Assembly (NCBI GenBank): GCA_963836075.1
Contig: CAWIIB010000009.1
Location: 800,001-864,000, forward strand
Source: an uncultured Acidobacteriota bacterium
GTDB lineage: Bacteria > Acidobacteriota > JAQAZP01
DNA: 64,000 nt
Direction of reading: 5' to 3'
The notes under the pieces were generated by a model. The model was not told the DNA's origin. It saw only the letters and a list, made by a program, of their open reading frames with translations, and made no database searches. Within the stretch, counting starts at the first letter, position 1. Every line of letters starts with the position of its first letter. Below are positions 32,508 to 42,889 of the stretch, in pieces. Made by a program: the position numbers and the translations under genes.

Positions 32508-33209
32508 ATGAATATCCTGATCGTTGAAGATGAGTATCCCACCGCGGATTACACCCGGCAACTCTGCCGCGAAATTCTGGGGAACCAGCTGGGCTCCATA
32601 GCCATGGTTCACGACCTGGCCGAAGCCCTGGAGCATGTGGGCAGGCATCCCGTTGATCTGTGTTTGCTGGATCTCAACCTCCATGGCGAGAGCGGATACA
32701 AGCTGCTGCAGACGGCCGCGGCGCAGTCCTTTCATACGGTCATCATCTCAGCCTACCCCGATCAGGCCCTGGAGGCGTTTCAGTACGGTGTCCTTGATTT
32801 TATCGTAAAGCCTTTCGGGAGACAGCGATTACAGGAGGTGCTCAACGGCGTTAAGGAGCGAACAAAGAAACACGATGTAGATACCAGATACCTCAGCGTA
32901 AGAGTAAACGAGAGGTATCGGCTGGTAGAAATCGAAAACATCCAGTACATGAAATCAGACGGGCCCTACGTCGAGCTTCACTTCAAAGACGGAACAATGG
33001 AGCTGTTGACGAAAACAATGAATCGGCTCGAACAGATCCTTCCGGCCTGCTTTTTCCGCACACATCGGTCCTATTTCGTCAACCTGGATGAAATCGATTC
33101 CTTTTATCACTCCGGCGGCGGCACGTATGAGCTTACCTTGAAAGACACCACGGTGTTGCCGCTGAGCAGAACCAAATACAAGATCCTCTACGACCTGTAT
33201 AACAACTGA
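32508..33209 (+). CDS. LytTR family response regulator
   Basis: ILIVEDE, LLDLNL, DFIVKPF, FFRTHRSYFVN, LPLSR. Confidence 0.92.
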   Translation: MNILIVEDEYPTADYTRQLCREILGNQLGSIAMVHDLAEALEHVGRHPVDLCLLDLNLHGESGYKLLQTAAAQSFHTVIISAYPDQALEAFQYGVLDFIVKPFGRQRLQEVLNGVKERTKKHDVDTRYLSVRVNERYRLVEIENIQYMKSDGPYVELHFKDGTMELLTKTMNRLEQILPACFFRTHRSYFVNLDEIDSFYHSGGGTYELTLKDTTVLPLSRTKYKILYDLYNN

Positions 33210-33389
33210 TTTATCCCGCCATATCTATCAATTGCCGCCAGGATTGCATCTGATAAAGCCATATTGAAGTTTGTGCAGTAATCGCATCTTTCCCTTCAAC
33301 TTTCCCGTTTAGTGAGCATAAGAACGGCTCCCGAGAGCATCAGGGAGTCCATGTTGTGAACGGAATTCATAAAGTCGAAAGGGGAAGTC

Positions 33390-34091
33390 ATGAGAAAGCG
33401 AAGCTCATTTTTGGCATTGATTCTGATCCTGGTTATGGGCGCCGCTGCAAGTGCCCAGACGGTGGATGATGTGATTACCAAAGCGACCGCCGCTATCGGC
33501 GGTCAGTCGGCGCTTGATGCGGTAAAATCCATCAGGCTGAACATGACAGGCACACTGATGGGCAAGGAAGTGGAAATGGAAATAATGACCCTGAAACCAG
33601 ACTGCAAGATGATTAAAATGAGCTTTTCCGGCATGAACATTGTCAGTGCGACCGATGGCACCGATTACTGGGAGCGCCGGAAGGGAAAAGTTGCGGATAT
33701 GCCGGAAGTTGGCGCGGCGCAGTTCGGGGCGAGCTTCAATAATTTCAGTGCTGCCGGTGTTGCGGACTTGATTGGAAACGGTACTTTCACCTACTCGGGG
33801 AAAGAAGATGTTGATGGTATACGTGCTGACGTCGTGAAAGGCACTATCACAGGCTCTGGCGATGTATCAATGTACTTTGATCCGGCCGGCCTGCCATTCA
33901 GAATACTGATGCCCACAAAAGAGGGCGACTTGGATATGTATATCACTGACTATCGTGACGTCGGCGGCATGAAGATCGCTTATAAATTTGAATCTTTCAC
34001 AAATGGCTCGCCGATGATGGATCTGGAAATCACGAAGGCAGAAGCAAATGTTGATATTGATCCTTCAGCATTCGCCAGGCCTGCTCAATAA
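33390..34091 (+). CDS. Secreted protein (LolA-like/lipoprotein-sorting-like fold)
   Basis: Signal peptide, QTVDDVITKATAAIGG, DYRDVGGMKI, NVDIDPSAFARP. Confidence 0.75.
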   Translation: MRKRSSFLALILILVMGAAASAQTVDDVITKATAAIGGQSALDAVKSIRLNMTGTLMGKEVEMEIMTLKPDCKMIKMSFSGMNIVSATDGTDYWERRKGKVADMPEVGAAQFGASFNNFSAAGVADLIGNGTFTYSGKEDVDGIRADVVKGTITGSGDVSMYFDPAGLPFRILMPTKEGDLDMYITDYRDVGGMKIAYKFESFTNGSPMMDLEITKAEANVDIDPSAFARPAQ

Positions 34092-34112
34092 ACCCTGAAA
34101 ATTTATGAATTT

Positions 34113-34149
34113 GAAACAGCCCTGCCGGTTTTGGCGGGGCTGTTTCTTT
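34113..34149 (+). terminator. Rho-independent terminator
   Basis: gaaacagccctgcc-ggttt-tggcggggctgtttc hairpin followed by T-rich sequence, downstream of 33390..34091. Confidence 0.75.
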
Positions 34150-34167
34150 ATAGAACATGTGTCTGAT

Positions 34168-34311
34168 GAAGCCTCAGTGATCCAGGCCACCCTGGCCCGG
34201 TTCAATGGCCACCGGGTAAAGACCGCCCAGGCCCTGGGCATCCACAAGACCACCCTGCTGCGCAAGATGAAGAAGCTGGGGGTGACGTGGTCACGCCGCC
34301 ACCAGGGATAG
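34168..34311 (+). pseudogene. Displaced 3' fragment (Fis HTH) of the sigma54 activator gene
   Basis: [38 protein letters not shown] versus [38 protein letters not shown] at 30478-30591. Confidence 0.9.
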
Positions 34312-34418
34312 GCCAAAAAAACCGGCCAACCCTCGATCTCCGCGCTACAATTTTCGTATCTAGTCTTTGATGGACCGAATTAATACCCGAACGAACAATT
34401 GAACAGCGGAGGAAAGTC

Positions 34419-37029
34419 ATGGTTTCCACCAACCAGACACGGGGTATCCGTCTCCACGGGGTGTTCTTGCTGCTCCTGATCCTGTCGCTGGCCGTTTCTG
34501 CAAACGGGCCGGGGACTCACGCCGCCGAACTGTCCGCTGCACCACCCACCGGTTCGGGCATACTCCCCATTTTCGAGTTGCTTAGGCAGCCCACGCACCC
34601 CGCCCCGAACCTGCGGCCCGAGCTGGCACCGAAATCTGCCGGCGGCGACTGGCAGGCCCTGATCGACGCCACCTGGGGCGATGGAGACCCGGTGGAGCAG
34701 CAGGAGCTGTTCACCCTCTGGCGGGATACCCTCGACCATGACTTCTGCGCCTACATCAACCATGACGTGGACATCCCGGCGCTCTGCGACCCGCTGTGGG
34801 ACGAGCTGACCTCGGGCGACGTCAGCCGCGGCCGCTTCACGGCGATCATGCAGATTATCAACCGGGCGCACATGAACGCCCACACCCTCTTCTGGGACTA
34901 CCAGGTCAGCGGGACGACGCTGGAGCCGGGCGTGCCGCTGATGGGCTACTTCTCCGGCGGTTACAACAGCCACTTCGCCGCCTCTCTCACCGTGCACGAC
35001 GGCGAGGCCTTTGTCTATGACGTGGTGCCCGACCACCCGCTGGGCCTGGAACCGGGCGACGTCATCCTCGGCTATGACGGCGTGCCCTGGCTGGAGCTGC
35101 GCCAGCAGCTGCTCGACGCCCAGCTCCCCTACGTCGGCGTTCTGGGCACCTCACCGGCCGCGGAAGATCACTATGCCAGGATTTCCGTGGGGCGGAACTG
35201 GCACCTCTTCGACACCATCGACATCCGCAAGTACGGCAGCGGCGAGGTCCAGCACCTGCCCACAAGCCTGATGGGGGATCCCGGCGTGGGCTTCGGGCAC
35301 ACCGGTTTCGAATGGCTCGACGTGGGCATCCCCCTGCCCTCGGTGGACGACTTCATCACCTGGGGCGTGCTCGAGCGGGGGGATCTGCGGATCGGCTACA
35401 TCTACTGCCTGGCCTGGTCCACCGGCACGGGGACGGTGTTCCGCACGGCCTGTCTCGAGATGATGGACGACCCTGACCTGGACGGGCTGATCCTCGATTT
35501 CCGCACCAACTGGGGCGGAAGTATGTACGAGTGCAATGGCGGCCTGAGACTGCTCTTCAACCAGGACACCACCACCATCGATTTCGGCCAGCGCAACGAC
35601 CCGGACGACCATCTGTCCATGGGCGTCACCGGTTTTCCCGGATTCTACGAAATCCCCGGCGATGCCGGCTCATTTTTCAGCCACCCCATCGCCGTGCTGC
35701 TGGGGCCCGCCGCGGTGAGCGCCGGGGACCAGGTGGCCCTGCGCATGACCTACCACCCCATGGTCCGGACCTTTGGCAAGGCCACCTCCACCACCTTTGA
35801 CAGCCCGGTAGAGCTGCTCCTCGGCGCCGGCCCCGATTACATCGCGCGGTATTCGAAACACGACGCCTATCGCTGGGACTCGCCCGGCGAGTACCTGAAC
35901 CACGTGGGGTTTCCGGTGGACGAGGAGGTCTGGCTGGAGCCGGACGACGTGGTCCAGGGCATCGACACGGTGGTGGAACGGGCGGTGGCCTGGATCGCCG
36001 AAACCGAACCCATGGCCCGGCCGCTGGTGGTCACCGGGCCCGGGCCCGGCCCGGACAACGTCACCGACGTCCACACCTATTCCCCGGCGGACACCTCGGC
36101 TCCGGTATCTGTGATCGATGCCTATGGCGTGGACCGCTACGGGGTCAACGTGGCCGCGGCCGACGTGGACGGTGACGGGTACGACGAGATCCTCAGCGGC
36201 CCGGGGCCGGGGGCGGTCTTCGGGCCCCACGTGCGGGCCTTCGAAGCCGACGCCTCACCGCTGCCCGGGTTGAGTTTCATGGCCTACGGCACCAACAAGT
36301 TCGGGGTGCTCGTCGCCGGCGGGGACCTGGACGGTGACGGCCGGGACGAGATCGTCACCGGCGCCGGTCCCGGCGCCGTGTTCGGGCCGCACGTCAGGGG
36401 GTTCTCCTATGACGGGTCGTCGGTGACCCCGGTGCCGGGGGTGAGCTACTTTGCCTACGGGACACCCAAGTGGGGAGTCAATGTCTGTACCGGCGACCTG
36501 GACGGCGACGGCATGGACGAGATCGTCACCGGTGCGGGGCCCGGTGCGGTGTACGGGCCGCATGTCCGGGGCTGGAACGTGGACGGCGGTGCGGCGGATC
36601 CCGATGAGCCTGGTCAGTTTCATGGCCTACGGCACCAACCACTACGGGGTGAACCTGGCGCTGGGCGATATCGACGGCGACGGGTTCGACGAGATCATCA
36701 CCGGCCCCGGCCCCAGCCCGGTGTTCGGGCCGCACGTCCGCGGCTGGAACGTGGACGCCGGCCCGGTGGCACCGATCCCCGGGATCAGCTTTTTCGCCTT
36801 CAGCTATACAGAGTGGGGTGTCGGGGTGGGCGCCGGTGATTTCGACGGTGACGGCATCGACGAAATCCTTGCCGGTAATGGTCCTGCCACGTCCTACGCA
36901 CCGACGATCAAGGTTTTCTCCTGGGACGGCGCCACGCTGACCCTGGTCCACACCTTCACCGCCTATCCGGGCCAGGACCTGAGCCACGGCGTGAAGGCGA
37001 CCATCGGCGCTTTCGATTGGATGAACTGA
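34419..37029 (+). CDS. Secreted S41-family peptidase (PDZ) with C-terminal DxDGDG/GPGPG repeat module; frameshift near 36600
   Basis: NAHT, GLEPGDVILGYDG, GLILDFRTNWGG, AVSAGD and GFPVDEEV. Repeats continue in ORF 36451..37029. Confidence 0.85.
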
Positions 37030-37092
37030 TCAGATCCATGGCGGATGGTCGTATTTTCGGTATCCGTAGAGAAAAGACCGATAAGATAGCCG

Positions 37093-37144
37093 GGTAGCAT
37101 AATTGCCACCTTTTGCCGCAATTACAGGTAGCGTTATTGCAACC
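37093..37144. promoter_or_regulatory. Pair of GGTAGC-N6-GC(C/A)ACC enhancer sites
   Basis: ggtagcataattgccacc and ggtagcgttattgcaacc, 77-128 bp upstream of the sigma54 -24 box. Confidence 0.7.
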
Positions 37145-37220
37145 CATGTGTCCGTTGCCCGCCTCCGGCAATCCCCATAAACAGTTGCAATAAAAAGATA
37201 TGACCGCCGCAAGCCCTTCC

Positions 37221-37236
37221 TGGCACGGTTTATGCT
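37221..37236 (+). promoter_or_regulatory. Sigma54 promoter of the ORP-like operon
   Basis: TGGCACggtttaTGCT with GG/GC at -24/-12 spacing. Confidence 0.75.
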
Positions 37237-37262
37237 CTTTCCCATGCCTGGGAGGAGAACCG

Positions 37263-37745
37263 ATGCGGATTGCCATTGCCACTTACAGAGAAATGATCTC
37301 ACCGAGATTCGACTGCGCCTCCACCCTCCGCGTGCTGGAGTGGGCGGGGAACGACCCGTCGGATCGCCGGGAAGAACTGCTCCAGCTGGCCGAGGGAAGC
37401 AGTCACGCCGAAATGCTCCTCCGTCAGAATGTGTCCGCCCTGCTCTGCGGCGGGATCAGGCGCTGCGATTATCACCGCCTGTCCGATGGCGGAGTGAATG
37501 TCGTGGCCGGCCACTTCGGACCCTGGCTCGACGTGCTCAGGGAGTACGTCGCCGGTCGGCTGAAATCCCAGCCCTCATGGGAACGGCCCCGAGGCTGTGG
37601 ATGGGGCATGGGACGCGGGCGGGGTCAGGGACAAGGCCGTGGCCAGGGCCAGGGACAGGGCCGCGGAATGGGGCGCGGCCAGGCTGGACGGGGCGGCGCC
37701 GGACAGGGGCCGCGCGGGGGCGAATCCGGCCCCCGGCAACGATAA
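37263..37745 (+). CDS. NifB/NifX-family (FeMo-cofactor-binding-like) protein with Gly/Arg/Gln-rich tail
   Basis: MRIAIA...ISPRFDCA...LLCGGI; GRGQG repeats; RBS GGAGGAG. Confidence 0.85.
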   Translation: MRIAIATYREMISPRFDCASTLRVLEWAGNDPSDRREELLQLAEGSSHAEMLLRQNVSALLCGGIRRCDYHRLSDGGVNVVAGHFGPWLDVLREYVAGRLKSQPSWERPRGCGWGMGRGRGQGQGRGQGQGQGRGMGRGQAGRGGAGQGPRGGESGPRQR

Positions 37746-37783
37746 CGATAACGAAAGAAACACAACGGAAAAGGAGAAATAAC

Positions 37784-38032
37784 ATGCCAGCAAAAGATGG
37801 AACAGGACCTGATGGAAGAGGGCCGGCGACGGGACGCGGCCAGGGCGGCTGCGGCCAGGGCGGCTGCGGCCAGGGCCGCGGTGCCGGACAGGGACGCGGC
37901 CGGGGTGCCGGACAGGGCAACGGTCAGCAGGGCTCCGGACAGGGACGCGGCCGGGGCCAGGGAGTTCGCGGTGGAGCAGGCAATCCTGCTGCCGGCCGGA
38001 AGCAGGGCGGCAGGGGACGCGGCCAGCGCTGA
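37784..38032 (+). CDS. Gly-rich DUF5320-like small protein
   Basis: MPAKDGTGPDGRGPATGRGQGGC; RBS AAGGAG. Confidence 0.75.
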   Translation: MPAKDGTGPDGRGPATGRGQGGCGQGGCGQGRGAGQGRGRGAGQGNGQQGSGQGRGRGQGVRGGAGNPAAGRKQGGRGRGQR

Positions 38033-38075
38033 ACCGCACACAAGCGCACGAAGCGCACAAACGGAGGATAGACAG

Positions 38076-38387
38076 ATGCCAGGAATGGATGGAACAGGAC
38101 CGATGGGCACTGGCCCCATTGGAGGAGGACGGGGACCCTGTGGACGCGGAATGGGACGCGGCAGGGGCATGGGCCAGGGCGCCGGAAACCGCTTCGGGCG
38201 GGGCACCGGGTTTGACCCCCGCATGAGAGGCAACTGGTTCGGCCGAGTCTGGGGTCAACAGTATCCCGGCTCCGAACCCATGGCTGACCGGGAGGCACTG
38301 CAGGAACAGGTTCGGATGCTGGAAAACGACCTTCAGGCCGTCAGACAGCAGCTGGACGCACTGGGGCCCGCAACAAAGGAAGAGTGA
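38076..38387 (+). CDS. DUF5320-family protein
   Basis: MPGMDGTGPMGTGPIGGGRGPCG, Gly/Arg-rich middle and C-terminal coiled coil; RBS GGAGG. Confidence 0.82.
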   Translation: MPGMDGTGPMGTGPIGGGRGPCGRGMGRGRGMGQGAGNRFGRGTGFDPRMRGNWFGRVWGQQYPGSEPMADREALQEQVRMLENDLQAVRQQLDALGPATKEE

Positions 38388-38422
38388 AGGGTCGCCGCCC
38401 GGCAGCGGCCCGGAGAGAAGCC

Positions 38423-39292
38423 ATGATTATCAGTATCGCCTCCGGGAAGGGTGGCACCGGAAAGACCACGGTGGCCACCAACCTGGCGGCCGTCACCCCG
38501 GGCGCCGTCTATGCCGACTGCGACGTGGAAGAGCCCAACGGGCACATCTTCCTCAAGCCGGAGTTCGATAGACGCGAGCCGGTTCACAGCCTGGTCCCGC
38601 GGGTGGACCTCTCCCGCTGCACTTTCTGCGGAAAGTGCCGGGAGGCCTGCCGGTTCAACGCCCTGGCCGTCCTGCCGGAAAGCGTGATGGTCTTCGACGA
38701 ATTGTGCCACAGTTGCGGCGGGTGCATGCTGGCCTGCCCGGAAGAGGCGATTCACGAAGAGGCCCGCGAAATCGGCATGGTAGAACAGGGCCAGACGAAC
38801 GGAATACTCTTCATCCACGGCACGCTGTCCATCGGCGAAGCGATGAGCCCGCCGGTGATCAGGGCGGTGCGCAGCCGCCTGCCTTCCGGAGTCCCGGTGA
38901 TCCTCGACGCGCCCCCCGGCACCTCCTGCCCGGCGGTGACCTCGGTGCAGGGAAGCGACGCCTGCCTGCTGGTCACCGAGCCCACACCCTTTGGCCTCCA
39001 CGACCTGAAACTGGCGGTGGACATGGTGCGGGCGCTGGGTGTGCCCTTCGGGGTGGTCGTCAACCGGGACGGCGCCGGTGACGACCGGGTGGATGCCTGG
39101 TGCCGGGCTGAACAGATTCCGATCCTGGCCAGGATCCCGGAAAGCCGCCCGCTGGCCGAAGCCTATTCGAGGGGCATTCTCGCGGTATGGGCGCTGCCCG
39201 AACTCACCGGGCTTTTCCAGGAGTTGTGGCAAAACGCCGTGGCCCTGGTCCGAAAGGGTGACATCGGGGAGGAGGGAAGATGCGCGAGCTGA
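38423..39292 (+). CDS. MinD-like P-loop ATPase with 2[4Fe-4S] insert (ORP cluster)
   Basis: SGKGGTGKT, DCDVEEPN, CTFCGKCREAC, CHSCGGCMLAC, DAPPGTSCP, TEPTPFG. Confidence 0.92.
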   Translation: MIISIASGKGGTGKTTVATNLAAVTPGAVYADCDVEEPNGHIFLKPEFDRREPVHSLVPRVDLSRCTFCGKCREACRFNALAVLPESVMVFDELCHSCGGCMLACPEEAIHEEAREIGMVEQGQTNGILFIHGTLSIGEAMSPPVIRAVRSRLPSGVPVILDAPPGTSCPAVTSVQGSDACLLVTEPTPFGLHDLKLAVDMVRALGVPFGVVVNRDGAGDDRVDAWCRAEQIPILARIPESRPLAEAYSRGILAVWALPELTGLFQELWQNAVALVRKGDIGEEGRCAS

Positions 39293-40170
39293 CCGTGATC
39301 AGCGGCAAGGGCGGGACGGGCAAAACCAGCCTGGTAGCCGCCATGGCTTCCCTGGCGCCCTCGGTGGTCTGCGCCGATTGCGACGTGGACGCGGCGGATC
39401 TCCACCTGCTGCTGGCTCCCGATACCGTGGAACGGCACGAGTTCGAGGGCGGCCTCATCGCGGCCATCGACCCCGGTCTCTGCAGCGCCTGCGGCACCTG
39501 CCGGGAGTTGTGCCGCTTTGACGCCGTCATCGAAAAAGACGGTGTCTTCACCATCGACCCACACCTCTGCGAGGGGTGCGGCGTCTGCCACGACCACTGC
39601 CCGGTGGAATGCATATCCCTGGAACGGGAGACCGCGGGGCAGTGGTTCGTCTCCGATACCCGGGTGGGACCGATGGTCCACGCCCGGTTGGGTATCGCCC
39701 AGGACAATTCCGGGAAACTGGTCTCCAAAGTGCGGGAACGGGCCCGGGAGGTCGCACAGGAAAATGAGTTGGACCTGGTGCTCATCGACGGGTCGCCGGG
39801 TATCGGCTGCCCGGTGATCGCCTCGATTACCGGGGCGGACCAGTTGCTTGTGGTTTCCGAACCGACCATGTCCGGCTTGCACGATATGGAACGGGTCCTG
39901 GAGCTGGCCGCCGGATTTCGAGTGCCGGTGGCCGTCTGTGTCAACAAGCATGACCTGAACCTGGTGATGACCCAGCGAATCGCCGAACAGGCGGAAACTG
40001 CCGGTGCGGTCTTTTTGGGGGAGATTCCCTTCGACCGCAGTGTTACCGCGGCGATGATCGCCGGCCAGACTCTGCCGGAGTTCGGCCCCTCCCCGGCGGC
40101 AACGGCGGTGGGGAAGATCTGGGAAAAAGTGAATAAATTGTGCCGACCACAAACGGAAAGGAAAATATAA
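39280..40170 (+). CDS. MinD-like P-loop ATPase with 2[4Fe-4S] insert (ORP cluster)
   Basis: SGKGGTGKT, DCDVDAADL, CSACGTCRELC, CEGCGVCHDHC, NSGKLV, DGSPGIGCP. Confidence 0.92.
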   Translation: MRELTVISGKGGTGKTSLVAAMASLAPSVVCADCDVDAADLHLLLAPDTVERHEFEGGLIAAIDPGLCSACGTCRELCRFDAVIEKDGVFTIDPHLCEGCGVCHDHCPVECISLERETAGQWFVSDTRVGPMVHARLGIAQDNSGKLVSKVRERAREVAQENELDLVLIDGSPGIGCPVIASITGADQLLVVSEPTMSGLHDMERVLELAAGFRVPVAVCVNKHDLNLVMTQRIAEQAETAGAVFLGEIPFDRSVTAAMIAGQTLPEFGPSPAATAVGKIWEKVNKLCRPQTERKI

Positions 40171-40532
40171 TGAAGATCGCAATCACCTCCAGCGGAACGA
40201 CGCTGGACGACGAAGTGGACCCGCGGTTCGGGCGCGCGAAGTATTTCCTGGTCTACGACACGGAAACCGGCGTGCTCCACGCGGTGGAGAACAGTCAGAA
40301 CCTGAACGCGGCCCAGGGCGCCGGCATCCAGGCCGGCCAGCTGGTGGCCGCCGCCGGCGTGACGGCTCTGCTAACCGGCAACTGCGGCCCCAAGGCCTTT
40401 CAGGTGCTGGGTCAGGCCGGAATCAAGGTCTATGTCAAGGTGGGAGGGCCGGTGCGCCAGGCCATCGAGGACTGGAAAGCTGGTACACTCACCGCGGCCG
40501 AAAACGCCAACGTGGAAGGACACTGGATGTAA
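40170..40532 (+). CDS. NifB/NifX-family protein (Orange protein-like)
   Basis: MKIAITSSG...VDPRFGRA...AQGAGIQA...TGNCGPKAF...ANVEGHW. Confidence 0.9.
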   Translation: MKIAITSSGTTLDDEVDPRFGRAKYFLVYDTETGVLHAVENSQNLNAAQGAGIQAGQLVAAAGVTALLTGNCGPKAFQVLGQAGIKVYVKVGGPVRQAIEDWKAGTLTAAENANVEGHWM

Positions 40533-40625
40533 CCAGGGGGTTTCGCGGGCCATCTGCCCCGAGGCGACCCTATTGAATCAACCGTCCCGGCAATCAGCGG
40601 GACCGTGAGACGAAGGAATCGATCG

Positions 40626-41876
40626 ATGCATGAAGAGCATGGCGGCGGGAGTTGTGGCGGCGGATGCAGTCACGGCGATGATCACAGCTCTCCGGCGGAA
40701 GACCGGGTGAAGGACACAGTGAAAAAGATCCGCAACAAGCTGCTGGTGATGAGCGGCAAGGGCGGCGTGGGCAAGAGCACGGTGGCAGTGAACCTGGCCG
40801 TGGCCCTGGCCAACCGGGGTCACAAGGTGGGCCTGGTGGACGTGGACCTTCACGGGCCCAGCGTGGCCGGCCTGCTCGGGCTCAACGACGCGCGGCTCAC
40901 CGGCAGCGAGGACAAGGTGCTGCCGATCCCCTTCTCGGAAAACCTCGACGTGCTCTCGATGCAGAACCTGCTGCCCAACCGGGACGACGCCGTGATCTGG
41001 CGCGGTCCGATGAAGATCGGCGCCATCCGCCAGTTCCTCGGTGACATCGAGTGGGGCGAGCGGGACTTCCTGATCATCGACTCGCCGCCGGGCACCGGTG
41101 ACGAGCCGCTCACCGTAGCCCAGGACGTGGACGGCCTCCGCGCCGTGGTGATCACCACACCCCAGGAGATCTCCCTGGCCGACGTGCGCAAGTCGATCAA
41201 CTTCTGCGGCCAGATGAACCTGCCGGTGGCCGGCGTGGTGGAAAACATGAGCGGCTATGCCTGTCCCAAGTGCGGAAACGTGGACGACCTCTTCGGCTCC
41301 GGCGGAGGCGAGACCGTGGCCGCCGAGATGAACGTGCCCTTCCTGGGCAAGATCCCCCTCGACCCCAAGGTGGTGGTGGCCGGCGACCGGGGCGTACCCT
41401 TCCTCGGCAGCGACGACAGTTCGGCAACCGCCAAGGCCTATGGCGTGGTGCTGGACAACCTGGAGCTGCTGCTGGCCGATCCGGTGCCGCTGGCGAAACG
41501 GGACCCGGAGGACGTGGCGCTGCCGGTCAACACCGACGGCGTGACCCGGTTTGCCATCCCGGTGGCCGGCGGCGTGCTCTGCAACCACTTCGGTCACTGC
41601 GAGCAGTTCGCCCTGATCGACGTGGAGGACGGGCAGCTCTCGTCAGCCGAGATGGTCACTCCGCCGCCCCACGAGCCGGGGGTGTTGCCCCGGTGGCTCT
41701 CCGGCCAGGGGGTGAACACCATCATCGCCGGGGGCATGGGCCAGCGGGCCCAGGGCCTGTTCACCGAGGCCGGCGTCAATGTGGCCGTGGGCGCCCCCAA
41801 CCTGGCGCCCGAAGAGCTGGTGACCCGGTATCTCGCCGGCACTCTGGTCACCGGCGACAACGTCTGCGACCACTGA
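40626..41876 (+). CDS. Mrp/NBP35 Fe-S carrier ATPase fused to a NifB/NifX domain (MrpORP-like)
   Basis: SGKGGVGKS, VIWRGP, DSPPGTGD, ENMS..CPKC; C-terminal HFGHCEQF...AGGMG...NVCDH. Confidence 0.92.
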   Translation: MHEEHGGGSCGGGCSHGDDHSSPAEDRVKDTVKKIRNKLLVMSGKGGVGKSTVAVNLAVALANRGHKVGLVDVDLHGPSVAGLLGLNDARLTGSEDKVLPIPFSENLDVLSMQNLLPNRDDAVIWRGPMKIGAIRQFLGDIEWGERDFLIIDSPPGTGDEPLTVAQDVDGLRAVVITTPQEISLADVRKSINFCGQMNLPVAGVVENMSGYACPKCGNVDDLFGSGGGETVAAEMNVPFLGKIPLDPKVVVAGDRGVPFLGSDDSSATAKAYGVVLDNLELLLADPVPLAKRDPEDVALPVNTDGVTRFAIPVAGGVLCNHFGHCEQFALIDVEDGQLSSAEMVTPPPHEPGVLPRWLSGQGVNTIIAGGMGQRAQGLFTEAGVNVAVGAPNLAPEELVTRYLAGTLVTGDNVCDH

Positions 41877-41882
41877 TAAAAA

Positions 41883-41968
41883 TGGGGACTGTCCCCAGGG
41901 CGGGACAGTCCCCGATTTCCGTCCCCATTTTCTTTGTCCTTGGAAAGAGGTAACTGTCACCTCTTTCC
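41883..41968. repeat. Cluster of GGGGAC/GTCCCC and GGTAAC/GTCACC short palindromes
   Basis: ggggactgtcccc, gggacagtccc, ggaaagaggtaactgtcacctctttcc. Confidence 0.65.
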
Positions 41969-41987
41969 CCGAGGAGGAATATCCGCC

Positions 41988-42689
41988 GTGAGCGCCGCAT
42001 CCCATTCGCTGCCCGACTGTGCCGTCTGCCCCGTGCCCCTCGAAAAACGGGTCTGCCGCAACCCAGAGGGAAAGGGCCCGGCCGGCTGCCCCTGCAAGAC
42101 CTACGGCGAGACCGCCGATGCGGTGGCGTCGATATACGACCAGCCCGAGATCCGGGAGTTCGCCCGCCATGCTTCGCTCCAGGAGGCCGAGGGATACATG
42201 GGCGGCAAGCCGGGGGAAGGCCCCCGGCGTCCGGCCAAACCGCGGGTGCTGGAGATCGCCGAGTTCGCCTGCCGGCTGGGCCGCGGCCCCATCGGCCTCG
42301 CCTTCTGCTCCGGCCTGCGCAACGAGGCCCGGCTGGCGGCCGATCTGTGGCGGGGGATGGGCCTGGAGGTAGTCTCGGTGATCTGCAAGGTGGGCACGGT
42401 GCCCAAGGAGAGCCTGGGCCTGACCGAAGAGGAGAAGATCAATCCGGGGTCTCCCGAGTCGATGTGCAACCCGGTGGGCCAGGCGCTGCTGCTCGACCGC
42501 GCCGGCACCGGGCTCAACGTGGCCCTCGGGCTCTGTGTGGGCCACGACGCCCTGTTCTTCCAGTTTTCCAAAGCCCCGGTCACCGTGCTGGCGGCCAAGG
42601 ACCGCCTGTTTGGTCACAACCCGCTGGCCGCGCTGAGTACCCTTGATTCCTACAGCTCCTGGCTGCGCGAGATCCGGCTCGGGAAGTGA
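41988..42689 (+). CDS. DUF1847 metal-binding protein
   Basis: IGLAFCSGL, SVICKVG, MCNPVGQA, GLCVGHD, KDRLFGHNP. GTG follows GAGGAGG. Confidence 0.88.
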   Translation: MSAASHSLPDCAVCPVPLEKRVCRNPEGKGPAGCPCKTYGETADAVASIYDQPEIREFARHASLQEAEGYMGGKPGEGPRRPAKPRVLEIAEFACRLGRGPIGLAFCSGLRNEARLAADLWRGMGLEVVSVICKVGTVPKESLGLTEEEKINPGSPESMCNPVGQALLLDRAGTGLNVALGLCVGHDALFFQFSKAPVTVLAAKDRLFGHNPLAALSTLDSYSSWLREIRLGK

Positions 42690-42712
42690 TCCCGTTCGAT
42701 GCGCGTAAAACA

Positions 42713-42753
42713 GGTGACAGTCACCATTTATTCAGAAATAGGTGACTGTCACC
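42713..42753. repeat. GGTGAC-type palindrome
   Basis: ggtgacagtcacc-atttattcagaaata-ggtgactgtcacc. Confidence 0.75.
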
Positions 42754-42889
42754 GCTTCCTGAGCCGTCGGACCGGGACCGATTCGCCGCACCCCTTGTTT
42801 CAGCCCACGCTAACTATTCTTTGGTCGTCTCCGCACCCATCACTTATAATGACTCCGTCTTGCCACAATACGATAAGGAGTCGTACACC

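Noticed and set aside
37200-42689. Nitrogen fixation genes
   Set aside because: The NifB/NifX-family domains sit in ORP-cluster context and there is no nifHDK.
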